Below, piece after piece: positions 37,775 through 50,550 of a DNA stretch of 62,320 nt. This DNA is from Girardia tigrina. Its lineage: Eukaryota. A model generated the notes under the pieces. That model ran no database searches. It saw only the letters and a list, made by a program, of their open reading frames with translations, and had not been told where the DNA came from. The stretch's first letter is position 1. Each line of letters opens with the position of its first letter. The translations under genes were made by a program, and so were the position numbers. Location: NCBI GenBank assembly GCA_001938485.1, contig MQRK01250859.1, positions 5,978 to 68,297 of the forward strand, in the 5' to 3' direction.

Positions 37775-38955
37775 CCGTTAAAGTCCAGAATCTTTTTCCG
37801 ATAAGCCCCGCCACCATAAAAAAAAGATTGTAAAAAAGACGGTATGAAACTTGTACTTTTCTTTTTTATTGAAGAGGGTGAAATTGAGATATTTTATTAA
37901 TAATCTGTATGAAAAGGTCCTTATTTCGGTACCTTTACCTTCACACGAACTCACACAAGTAGTTATTCACTAAAGATTGATGTGTACCGCATTGGAGGTT
38001 ATTCTGCATTTTGTAGACATGCCAGAAAGATTCTGTGGATTTTGTGTGAGCTCCCGTCGTTGGATCCACGAAGTTTTTGGTATGATTAACCGTTTGATGA
38101 GTATAATTCATGCCAATCATCGTTTCAATTCTTTGGTATGAAACCTGCATATCGGAAATGATGATTGAGCTGGGAGCGATGCAGGCCTAGATTATGTCCA
38201 GCAGACTGGCCGCAGTTCCATGTGGCACTGCATACATGAATAATTTCATAGTCTCCCAACAGATCCCTCCAAAAATCCACTTCTGAGGAAGAACTCGTCT
38301 TATGTAGCTTTTGCAGCGAGACATTAGTGATTCATCGATTTTGATGTGTAGACTGGGCAGCTGACAATAGTTGGAGTCTTCAAAAACCGCCAGGAGTAAA
38401 TTTCGCGAAGAAAGTTCTTCCAGTCAACCGCGGTTGTGTGGCAAATTGATAATTCCTCTAAGCAGAATTTGATTGTTACCAGATGTTGAACCAGCAATAA
38501 ATTAATAGAATTAATGTCCTGATTTCCGTCTTATACCGTTCAAAGCCAAGTTCACTTTCGAAGACCGATTTCTTGCTGACACTGTCAGGTATTATACCTC
38601 CACCTGTCAGAAACAGTTGAAAATGCCATATGGTGGCCATTGTTGCATAAACGTTGCCGATGGATCATTCCGTGGTTATGCAAAAAATGAACTATTGTCT
38701 CCTTGTCATGATTTTTTTAATATAAAACCAAATAAATTATTTTTGATACGAACACTATGTACCGTCCCTTTTTGGAAACCAGGTTTTGATTCATCAGAAT
38801 CAATGATTTATCACTGAACAAAATCAGATGTCTTCAGGTTTCATAATAGACTAAGTTTTACAAATATTCATCTAACTCCTGTCTAGAAGAACAAATTACT
38901 GTTGATATCATGTTTCTTTATATTTTAATTTCATAAAATATAAAATCTGGACTTA
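37775..38955 (-). mobile_element. Degenerate Merlin (ISXO2/IS1595-like) transposon
   Basis: IDES, WIFGGIC and YTHQTVNHTKNFVDPTTGAHT..ESFW motifs. Short inverted AAGTCCAGA / TCTGGACTT near the ends. Confidence 0.85.
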
Positions 38956-40849
38956 AAAATTATTTAATTATTAATAAATAAAAGTTGCTCTTTAAATATT
39001 TTAAAAGAATATTTAGAAATTAAATTTTATTTATAAAAATGAATAAAAAATTTAGTTAATGACATGAGGATATAAAATTGATCCAATAAAATATATTGTC
39101 ATAAAAAATTATTGTTCCGTCCGATCCCCGAGCTTCCTTGAGAACGGGACGGTGGAATTTTTGATGGGATCTGAATCTTGGTGAGACTGGACTGGGTCCA
39201 TATTAGGAATTAATTTAGATTTGTGTAGAACAGAAGATGTTTTATTAAAGTATCGCTTACAATGGATCGGCATAAAGGATTCCACTGTTGAGTCCATGTG
39301 ACTTGATCAATATCTACCCAAATAATGTTTAAGCCATTAACCTTGACAGAAATTATCAGCAAATTCTCAAGAATAGTAAAATATCCTTCTTTCATTTCTA
39401 CATTTCTCTTAATTGAAACATATTTGAAATCTTTAATTTTCTTCTCGATATTATTATTATTATTCCAACGATCAACTATCGTTAGAATCCATAGATGGAT
39501 AAAATGGTTGATTTGGCAGCCACTACCAAAGCGCCAACGATTAGACCGACTCGCGGAACAAATTTTCTCATCTCCATCAATTCAATTAATAATTTTAACT
39601 TAAAAAAGAACGGTCTTCAAATAATTTTATTACACAGCAAATCTTAAATATTGTGAAATTCAATACTTGTTTTCAAGATCAATCATTACATTATAAAAAC
39701 AAATCGCAGTTTTATAAATAATTATAATAAAATTAAAATTTTAAATTAAATTAAATTTAAATTAAATTAAAATTTTATAAAAAAAGAAAGTTCCGCAAAA
39801 TAAAAAGAAATAATTTTGTTTAATTAGGTTTATTTAAACTCAATTTCAAAATCGTGTAATGAAATAAGTTTTTAGAAAAATGTCTGATTATATTAAGTCG
39901 GAAAATGTTCTCACAACATTCAACAAGCATATTTTAAAAAATATTAAAAAAATTTAAAATAAAGAAAAAAAGATAATTTATTTGCCTTTATCGAAAATAT
40001 ATTATTCAATTTAATATTTTCAAACGATAATTTTTATCAGTTTATTTTTTCCCTCAAATTTCATTGAATTTTTTTGCATTTAATTTTGAACAGAAAAAAA
40101 AACAATTTTTTCCAAAAATTAAATAAATAATTTATTATATCACATTGGGATAAAAAAATTCACAATGTTTTTTGAAAGCATTAATCATTTATTTCTAAAC
40201 GATAAGTTTTATATATTCGTGTATTATTTTAGTTAAAAATATATAAATCCACTTTATGAGGATCAATAAATAATTGAATCTGTCAGCACCGAGGTTCGAG
40301 AAATATCGATCAGAGGAGAATTGCGTGATTACAAATTGAGTACGGGTCCAATTTTTATAAAAACCCAATGACGTAACGACAAGTGAGTTCAGTCCCTACC
40401 ACTCTTGTGAATTCCGGCATTATTAAAAATTCTTATTTATCATCATAAATTTTCTTATTTAAAATTATATTTTTTTTGGTTTTTAATATAGCGTGATTTG
40501 AAAATATTTTTATGTTGAGTTCAGTTTAAAATCTTAAATCTAGGGATTTTTTTGTTGTTAAAATTTTATATTGAAATTTAATTTTTAAAATTAAAATTGT
40601 TTTTTTTAATGAGTTAGTGAAGAAATTAATTTGTAGAAATTTATTATATTATTTAAAATTATTTTTGGTAGATATTTTTTTTAATTTATATTTAATTAGA
40701 AATTAATTTAAAATTTATTGAAAAATATTTCTTTGATTTAATTTTGTAAAAAAAATTGTTTTTAAATTGTTAAATTATTCCTAAATTGTTTTTGAATGAG
40801 TTTTAATCAGAATAATTGGAAAATGTTTTAATTAAATGATATTATATAA

Positions 40850-41882
40850 AAGAGGTGGCCAGACATTTCTCGGCGGGAGCCACGAATGTCGTAATATATT
40901 ACGCAATACATTCCAATACATGTAAAACCAAGGTTAAATTATTTTTAAATATATATTTTTAATTGACAAATATCGATCTCGCGAGGGGCATCTTTGAGCG
41001 GTACTAGATTTAGCAATTCTTTATTGATTTTAACATCCGCAAAAACATATGGAATAAATACCGCCAATTGTGGAATATCTTGAATATCCGTAGATCCGTC
41101 ACGGGGTAAACTGTATGCTACACTACCTTTTACATTTCTTATCAACTACTTTAGCCAATCCTTACTGATTTCAGTAATACGTCGCTCTTTTGTATGACGT
41201 CAAATTGGGATTTTCGAAATTAAATGAAGTAGTTTGCTATTTGTTGGATCTAAAATCCCTAAAACTTCCTTTATATTCTTTTTAATAAAATCGCTCTCAG
41301 CATATGGACCTTTAGATCGACCACAGAATAATTTTTGTTAAAAATTACGACATTAAATGTTTCTGAGTAAGTAGTGTAGACTTATAAAAGTTTATTTTAC
41401 TTCTTTATAAATTAGAATTATGCGGATATATGGCAAATAAGTAAGCATGATTTTGATCATGGTGTCTCTTTAGATTACTTGCTTTGTATTGAGTGATTGA
41501 CGTGAAATAAGACACAGGGAATTTCGGTTTCTATCGATAAATGCATAATTTTCTTCCCATTCTAGTTTAAAACCTCGATTTTCTACTTATATATTCTTTT
41601 CTTGGTATCTAACATCTTTATCAAACAATTTGAAAAAATTTTGAATAAGAATAATGTATTACCTTCAAGATGTTAACATATAAATAAACTAATATTAAAA
41701 CAAATCGTTTTAATAATTTTATTTTTTGATGCATAATATTTAATTTTTAGTTCATTAATTTATTAATTTTTACATTATATATAAGAGTTGTATTTTTTGA
41801 AATTTAAAATAACATGATATCCTCATTTTCTTTTCACGAGCAGCATTAAAAAGTTAGAAGAGCCGCAGTTTGGTCATGCCTG
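40850..41882 (-). mobile_element. Internally deleted hAT (SPIN/Charlie/GTF2IRD2-like) element
   Basis: 8-bp TSD TTATATAA on both sides and a CAGGCATGACCAAAC-type terminus. NRGFKLEWEENYAF, SNLKRHH and DGSTDIQDIPQLAVF motifs. Confidence 0.88.
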
Positions 41883-42154
41883 TTATATAACAATTAATAA
41901 TTACTTATTATTATAAATTAATGATAAATTATAAAATATAAATTACATGTTAAAAATTATAAATCAAAAAAATTAATTATTATAGTTGTAATTAGAATCA
42001 GTCATAAGAAGAATTAATTTATTTAAATCTAACTCCAAAACAATTGAATATTCAAACAACGTCCCAATATTTCTATTGATTTTTCAGGAGCATTTGTAAT
42101 AATATTTACGATCCTTTATGTGTATAAATATAGATATGGATATAAATATAAATA

Positions 42155-43336
42155 CAGGGTGCAGCAGCTATTTGAGAACACGTAATATAGACACCATATC
42201 TTTTTGTGTGTTATAATTACATAATTTTATTTTTGCTGGTAGACATGGCAGAAGCTACTCTTACGAATGANNNNNNNNNNNNNNNNNNNNNNNNNNNNNN
42301 NNNNNNNNNNNNNNNNNNNNNNNNNNNNNNNNNNNNNNNNNNNNNNNNNNNNNNNNNNNNNNNNNNNNNNNNNNNNNNNNNNNNNNNNNNNNNNNNNNNN
42401 NNNNNNNNNNNNNNNNNNNNNNNNNNNNNNNNNNNNNNNNNNNNNNNNNNNNNNNNNNNNNNNNNNNNNNNNNNNNNNNNNNNNNNNNNNNNNNNNNNNN
42501 NNNNNNNNNNNNNNNNNNNNNNNNNNNNNNNNNNNNNNNNNNNNNNNNNNNNNNNNNNNNNNNNNNNNNNNNNNNNNNNNNNNNNNNNNNNNNNNNNNNN
42601 NNNNNNNNNNNNNNNNNNNNNNNNNNNNNNNNNNNNNNNNNNNNNNNNNNNNNNNNNNNNNNNNNNNNNNNNNNNNNNNNNNNNNNNNNNNNNNNNNNNN
42701 NNNNNNNNNNNNNNNNNNNNNNNNNNNNNNNNNNNNNNNNNNNNNNNNNNNNNNNNNNNNNNNNNNNNNNNNNNNNNNNNNNNNNNNNNNNNNNNNNNNN
42801 NNNNNNNNNNNNNNNNNNNNNNNNNNNNNNNNNNNNNNNNNNNNNNNNNNNNNNNNNNNNNNNNNNNNNNNNNNNNNNNNNNNNNNNNNNNNNNNNNNNN
42901 NNNNNNNNNNNNNNNNNNNNNNNNNNNNNNNNNNNNNNNNNNNNNNNNNNNNNNNNNNNNNNNNNNNNNNNNNNNNNNNNNNNNNNNNNNNNNNNNNNNN
43001 NNNNNNNNNNNNNNNNNNNNNNNNNNNNNNNNNNNNNNNNNNNNNNNNNNNNNNNNNNNNNNNNNNNNNNNNNNNNNNNNNNNNNNNNNNNNNNNNNNNN
43101 NNNNNNNNNNNNNNNNNNNNNNNNNNNNNNNNNNNNNNNNNNNNNNNNNNNNNNNNNNNNNNNNNNNNNNNNNNNNNNNNNNNNNNNNNNNNNNNNNNNN
43201 NNNATTGAATGATGTAGTCCTTTATGTACTTGTTAATATATGTAAAATTTTAAATTGTAATAAATGTTATTTTTCTGTTGTATATTCATTTTTTGAACTT
43301 TATGTCATTTTGTTCTCAAATAACTGCCGCACCCTG
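42155..43336 (+). mobile_element. Tc1/mariner element whose interior is an assembly gap
   Basis: TA|CAGGGTGCAGCAGCTATTTGAGAACA ... TGTTCTCAAATAACTGCCGCACCCTG|TA; ATG at 42245. Confidence 0.88.
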
Positions 43337-43339
43337 TAT

Positions 43340-43400
43340 ATGATTCTCTTATCCTAACAACCCCCCTTCTTTAAAAGGCTTTAGCCATTGGATATTCCTC
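43340..43400 (-). mobile_element. Tiny Gypsy integrase-end/PPT/LTR-start fragment
   Basis: Minus strand RNIQWLKPFKEGG followed by TGTTAG, paralleling 2200-2245. Confidence 0.6.
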
Positions 43401-46233
43401 GATATTCCTTCCCACAAGCGGAACGGTCGACCCGGCGACCGAGTTTTATATCGGTTTCTACTACAACCGGGACGTCTCAGGTCCAGTCGTTATATCGATT
43501 AACATTTATATACAATAAAGTTGATAAAGTAAAGACCCAAATTTTAGCATAGTATAGACAGGAGGTAGATGAATGTTTATAAAAAATACAATAGGAGGAA
43601 CTAAAAAGGTATCTTGTTTTGTTAAGTGGTAAATCATTGAACTAGATGAACCTAATCGGGTACAATACGAAGCATTTTCTGGTATCAGGAGAGGGATGGT
43701 AAGTGGTATTCGTATCTAAAAATTCTCTTAGGAATAAAAACAATATTCTGCTCAAATTAACATAATAAAATACACCATAAATTCTTTAAATTTTAAACAG
43801 TATAAATTACCATTATTTTAATTTAAATAATCAATTTTAGTCAGTAATTAAAACTGATTTTAAATTTAATTTAAATTGATAAATAAAAAAAACAAAGCAT
43901 TTTTCAAATTCTATTTTTATTTATATTTATTAATACTATTATTACAAAATTAGTGTTAATATTAATAAAATCAATTTTAAAATGAAAATCTTTTTCCATT
44001 ATATCAAAAACAATTGCAACAGATTTCAAATTAGAAAACTAATTAAATTTTCTTTAATATTTCAAAATTAAAATTTTTATTTTAAAAAATGTAAATTTTC
44101 ATTCATTTATTAAATTTTTCAAATAATTAAACAAAAAAATAATTTTTTTGTAAAAGAAAAAAAAACAGTTTTGTGACAAAAAATATTACTGATTTTCCCG
44201 TCTAAATGTGTGAATAAAATACGTCTTTTAAAATATCTTAATAAAAAAAATAAAACAATTATTGCTAAATACTTTTTTTCAATAATAATTTTTTAATTAA
44301 TAAAAAAATAGATTTTTTCTGAAAGAAAAAACAATATTTAAATGATTTTTTTGATAATTCACAATTAAAAATAAGATATTTTTGTCAAAAGAATTGCTAA
44401 CAATTTTCTTTTCCTTTGCCAGGGTTTTGTTCTTTTTTACTTGTGAAAAGAATCATTGTTTTTTTAGAAATAATTTTTTCTTTGAGATTGTAAAAAGAAT
44501 GTTTAAAATGGAATTGGGAAATGCAATTAAATTTCCCAAAGTGTGAACCGTAAATTCGTTCAATGAGGATTTCAATTAAATATTCACTAAATCATTTAGC
44601 ATAAATACTATCAATTATTTCCATCAGTTGGGATACTGAGGCAGTTTGATTCTGGGACAAATAATTCTTGTCAATTATAAGTTACACAATGCCAATTGAG
44701 AATCATTTGTTTATAGTGAACAATGTCAGCGATAAATGACAACTGCTCACCGTTCTTTCCACCAGACTTTTTTACATTTAGAAGTTAAGATTATACAAAT
44801 ACCTTATAGTATACCTTATACCTTTAAGCCCGGCATATAAGACCCCTTTTCATTACTAAAATTTAACTCAAAACTTGAGGGAAGTCTTGCACGTCGAATA
44901 CACAAAACTTTTGCAAAATCGAAAAATTAAAAAAATCAATTAATAAAGTATTGAAAAAATAGATATATCCCTTGATTTTTTGTTTCCATAATATATTTAA
45001 AAATGGTCTCGTCTGAAAGAAACTTCTATGAAGTAGCTGGAGCGGAGAATTGCCGATTTGACCGAACATTTTTGCCATTTTTAGGAATTCATAAATAAAA
45101 TATATAATTAAATAATTAAATTAATAAATTAAAATGATTAAATAAAATAAATAAATTAAATTAAATAAAAATTAATAAATAAATAATTTAAATAAATAAT
45201 TAAATAAAAACTAATTTAAATTAAGAAACTAAATAAAATTAAATAACTTTAAAAAATGTTAGAGGCTCAATTAAATGAATCAATTAAATCTATCGAGTCG
45301 CAGTAGTCTTTTTTATATAATTCTAATTCGAATTTAGTGGAAAATTATGATTCAGGTGAGATCGGTCTGATTTGTAATCAATTTGAATAGTCTAATTAAT
45401 AATATGGTTGAAATTAAGTATGTGTATGTAAATTATATTAACTTCAATCGAATGGTGAGCCTCTTTGTTTGTGTGAATGTGATTGCGTGTTTGTGTGTAT
45501 GAATGTAATTTGTAAATGTAAATAAATGATTGGTCTGTTTGTTATGTGTGTGTAAAAAGTTTATTTGTGAATTATAATCACAATTTTTAAATTTTTATGA
45601 GAGAAAAGTTGTCAATTGGGAATTTTCAGAGATAACAATAAAATAATTTTGTCTTTATTCAATTTCAATTTCATGATCAAAAATAAAGTTTTCAAATAAA
45701 AATGAGTTCATTACGGCGATTTCAATAAATAGAAATAAATTGACAAAAATAATAAAAATGTGGGAAAAATTTGGTCATGAACTTAAAGGCCAATATAAAG
45801 ATGAACAACTGAAAGTCATTTGTTCAGTCAATTTAAAATTGATGCCTGAATTCATTATAACATCGATAAAGAGTGCGCTATCACTCGATGTTCTCCCGGC
45901 AAATAAAGATGCGTGTCATCATTTTCTCGGTTGGGATGTCGCCACATTTGAATTGCGTAAACGAGATGGGATTCCGCTGAATATTTTGTTCAATAAAATG
46001 AAAGGCACCTTTCTACCGACATGCACAATGAAAAACAATTCTTCTCTTTCTAAAATATCGCGGAGACATGGCTTCCTGTCCAGTAGCTTTAAAGTTAAAA
46101 GTGATCGAATTTCTAAAGAAAATACATATCATGCTTCGTCATTGTTGGGGTTTCTTTTTGTGAACTTTAAATTTTTGATATTTTTAAATTAAAAATCACA
46201 TTTATATTTTAGATAAATTAGAAATAATGTTCG

Positions 46234-46440
46234 ACTAATTAAAAATGAAATAATTTTTTAAATAAAAAATTTAAGTTTATAGATAATATTTTTACTAATT
46301 AAATTGAAATAATTTTTGTAAAAATTATAGTTCACAGATAGTATTTTACTAATTAAAATGAAATAATTTTTGTAAAAAATTATAGTGTAATGATAATATT
46401 TTAATTAAATTGAGATAATTTTTTATAAAAATTAAGTTTT
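46234..46440. repeat. About 55-bp degenerate tandem repeat x4
   Basis: ACTAATTAAA.TGAAATAATTTTTGTAAAAA unit. Confidence 0.7.
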
Positions 46441-46599
46441 TAAAATTCACAATTAAAATAACAGCTTCGGAGTTAAAAAATATTGTAAAGACGATTTTGG
46501 TATATCTTGTAACATTATTTAAAATAAAATTATAATTTTTATTGAATTTAATTGTCAATGGGAAAGTTTTATTAAAAAAATAATTTATAATCGAATTTA

Positions 46600-49089
46600 T
46601 TTTTTACGACAATTAATTGCGACGGTATAACCGTCATCGTCAGGTCTCAAGAAAGAAATGAATTTTAAATCTGCTTATATAGGCAAGCAGTGATTATGTC
46701 ATCAATGGATTATTATGTCATCTAAACACGCTTAAAAGGGTTTTCGTGAGACCCGTTTGCACATTAATCTTAGGATCTAAAGATCTGATATAAAGTGCTT
46801 CACAGGCCACCCTCTCCCAATAGTTTTTAAAACGAGAACGCAGAATTTTAAAATCATTTATGTTTATGTTTTCATTCAACTTACAACCCTTTCTGTGTTC
46901 TGCAATATTACTCCCACCTACATTCCGACCATGTTCTTGGATTCTCCTACAAAGATGACGGGACGTCTCTCCAATGTATGTGACATTACACCCATTACAT
47001 GTAAATTTATATACGAGATCTGAACATAATCCAATGTGGGGTTGGAGACTTATTACAAAACACATTTTGGATTTTATATGCTTGTGATATTATTTTTAAA
47101 TTAAAGGCATTATTTACGCATTTTAAAATTGAACGTTTAAATTGACCAAATTCCTCTGAATTTGGAATGTTTAAAACATATTTTAAAGTTGTTGAGTCTT
47201 CTTTATCATTTATAATCGGTTTATTAATTTATTTATCAATTGTTTCTTTCGTCAATTTCTCAACATTTGATTTTGAGTAACCATTTTTATTCAATAGTTT
47301 TGTTAATTGATTAATGCTATCACAATTTTTTGTATAAGTTGATGATAATGACCAAGATCGAAAAATTAGTCAGTATCAGTTTTCTTTCTGTGAATCTCAG
47401 TCTCATAAACATCTCTTTTCCTTTCAATCAGTAAATCTAGAAAAGATAATTTACCATTATTCTCTGTTTCTGTTGTAAACTTAATATTTTGAAGCAAAGA
47501 ATTTAAGTATCCTAAAAATGGATCTATGTCAGTTTGATTATCGAAAATAAGAAAAACGTCATCAACATAGCGTTTATACGCTAGAGGTTTTTGACCCGGA
47601 AACAAATCGATCTTATCTTCAATACTTGACAAAAATATTGAAGCCAGTGTTGGAGCTAAAGGAGAACCCATTGCTACACCATCAATCTGTTTATACCACT
47701 CATTATTGAAAAGAAAATGAATATTAGAAGTGGCAAAACATAACAATTCACGAAATGGAACTTCCTCGATAAGATGGTGTTCACCAACATTATCTTTCCA
47801 AAGATTGCAACATATATCAATCGTTTCCCTCAGAGGAACATTGGTGAAAAGACTAACAACATCAAAAGAAACCATAATTTCATTTTTGTTACTAATCTTA
47901 TAATTTGAAATAAAGTCAACAAATTCAAAACTGTCTAAACAATTAAAACCCTTTTTCAGAAGTGGCTTTAATTTACCATCAAGATATTTCGCTACTTCAT
48001 ATTGAGATGTATTTACCATAGATAATACGGGACGCAAAGGAATGACATCTTTGTGAACTTTTGGAAGTCCATAAAGTTTAGCTGGTTGAGAACCAACTGC
48101 TTTTAAACTATTAGCTAAATTTTTATCAATATTTTTATTTTCAATTAAATTCGATAATAACGACGACAAATATTCAACATCTTTTAAAGGGGGCAATTTT
48201 CCATTTTTCCTAAATTTACTAACTTTATTAAATTGCGGACAATTTAAAACTTTTCCATTTTATCAAAATAATCACAATTATTCATTACAACAAGTCCATT
48301 CCCTTTATCAAATTTACATATTTTTACATTGTTTTTTGATAAATTTTTTAAAATTAAAAAATCTTTATTACATTGTTTTTTATTTTTTCCAAATATACAT
48401 TCGTACTATTATTTAAAACGTGTTTTAAAATATCAAAATCCACGCTTTTAAATAATTTAGCATGATTTAATGTCAAAAATTGGAACATTGATTCAATTTT
48501 AGATTGAATTTTAAATTTATTTAACCCAGTTCTAATTCCATGTTTAGGACCAAATTTCAATAAATTGATCTCTTTGTCTGATAATTCTACATTACTTAAA
48601 TTTAAGACTGTATCTTTAACATTAAATTCAAAAACACCAAATAATTTTCTTAAAGTTTTCAGTTTTTTGTTCTGTGTCTCAATTTTGTTACGAGAGATTT
48701 TATTAGCGTGATAATTAGAGACAATATTACACCAATGCAAACACAAATCACTACTTACATTATACAATGCAGATCTAACAATAGTTAGTCGTTTCACAAT
48801 TTCTATTCTTCGTTTCTTCTCTGTCTCCAGCATTCTCCTTAGGATCTTCCAATGAATTTTGCGAATATCTTCTTTCTGTAAGTATTCATGCAATTTTCTT
48901 TTGAATATAAATGAGGGGATAATATTCTCGGCAACACAGGAAGCCAAAAAATATATATCCAATTCCTTTCTTCGTAACGAACAAACTAATTTCAGATATT
49001 TATTGAATGTAACCAGCGCATCAGGAAAATAATAATTCAAAAAATTAAAAAATAATGGCAAATTATGTTTAAAAACCAAAACACGCCAT
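46600..49089 (-). mobile_element. Near full-length Penelope-like retroelement (RT plus GIY-YIG), frameshifted
   Basis: LYGLPKVHK, PLRPV, SFDVVSLFTNVP, GVAMGSPLAP, YKRYVDD, FLDL and LVYKFTCNGCNVTYIGETSRHL. ATG near 49089, stop at 46718. Confidence 0.95.
46608..46646 (-). ncRNA. Minimal hammerhead with A13C substitution
   Basis: GAC-CTGACGA-T-GACGG-TTATA-CCGTC-GCAA-TTAA-TT-GTC; all three stems are intact. Confidence 0.8.
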
Positions 49090-49844
49090 TTGCTAAATTT
49101 ATTTTTTATTTATTTTTATTTTTATTTTAATAAACAAGTGGTGTTTGACTCAGCATCATTGTAAATCTCGTGTTGAGGAAAATTTACAGTGTTTAGGACA
49201 TTTTGAATGGAAAAATCTGGAATTTTTTCGTTTGGCTTGTTTAATTTCGAGTATATAATTTCATAGTTTTTTTGCTAGACTATGTGCACATCTGAAAGAA
49301 TTTCTGTCACCGCCGTCTACAAAGGGCGAGCTGACCATTTCACAAACTTCCGAAGACTCGTATATCTTATCCTGACAGTCTTCCGAGGTATCGCACAATT
49401 TATGTCTACTGTTACAATTCTTCGGTTTTGTTTTACATGTAAACCCATCTGACACAATTTTTTGGATTTTCATACTAAGGACGATCATTATTTGAAGAAG
49501 ATAATAAAAAATTATTTTCCAACACAGGATTGCAAATAATCATTATGTAACGATCTGTTCGTCCTTGATTCCGATACCGATGATGTTGCAACTGTATTAT
49601 AAGCATATAAACTGTTATGGCTCATGTTTAGAGTTTCTTAAGAATGTTCTTCATGAATCATTGAACTGATTGACATGAACTGATTTTCGATATCAACGAA
49701 GATGCCGGTATCTTCAAGGTACTTTTTCTAAATTTACTCCCCATCGGGTAAATCTAACAATCCCCAAAAAGTTGCAAAACATCCTTTTCCCTGGGTGGGT
49801 TAAAACATTCGCTCGGTGACAAAGCCTTTTATAAATTGATTATT

Positions 49845-50420
49845 GTACACGTATCCGAATTTCATTTTTCATCGTCAGATATAACGTAATTTGTAAGACA
49901 ATAAAATGTCATTAAATGTGATATTTTATCCTTAAATTTTTAATTTTTCAGGATTTTATTTGATATTAATGGAAAAAAATTTTTAATTTTAATTAAAGTT
50001 TTAAGAATTTAGATAGCTTTACTTTGCCCATTTTGAATGTTAATTAATGGGTCGGTTGTAGTGTCTTACTAAAAAGGATTCATAAAACTGCCACTCATAA
50101 TGTAAATCAAAGCTCTTCTGAGAAAAAAATTATTCTTTTAAAATAGAAGATATTTTATTTTTACAGTGTAACCAATGATAAAGAACCTTACTCGATCGAC
50201 TTGATTGTGAATATCTCTCCAATGTACGAGTTTGTGCATCCGTGACAATCAAATTTATAAATTAAATTAGCTTACAATCTACAAATCGTTTTCGATTTAT
50301 TTAAGAGTAAGCTTTGAACTTTTGATGTAAAAGTTTGAAGAGCACGAACAAGTAATTGAAATAATATATTCTGAAGGATTTGAAGCATTTTCCACCAATA
50401 TAGGTCGTGTTGGGATTCTG
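49845..50420 (-). mobile_element. Penelope-like 3' fragment related to the 10.2-11.1 kb copy
   Basis: TSKVQSLLLNKSKTICRLQANL..FDCHGC..YIGE-type sequence, with a decayed CTGACGA hammerhead relic near 49850-49880. Confidence 0.8.
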
Positions 50421-50492
50421 TAAATATAAAAATTATAAAATATATAAATGAGCGTACCCGTTGTCCTAAATAAAACATTAAGAAAAATAATA

Positions 50493-50550
50493 AATAAATA
50501 AATCAAATAAATAAATCAAATAAATAAATCAAATAAATAAATCAAATAAA
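50493..50550. repeat. 13-bp tandem repeat (TAAATAAATCAAA) x4
   Basis: Seen directly. Confidence 0.85.

Noticed and set aside
40280-40300. GGTTCGA B-box-like motif (also near 51350)
   Set aside because: No A-box or tRNA cloverleaf can be built.
49260-49830. Decayed coding-like sequence with a CIDE/PB1-like LEDTGIFVD peptide
   Set aside because: Multiple stops, and the similarity is too weak to call.
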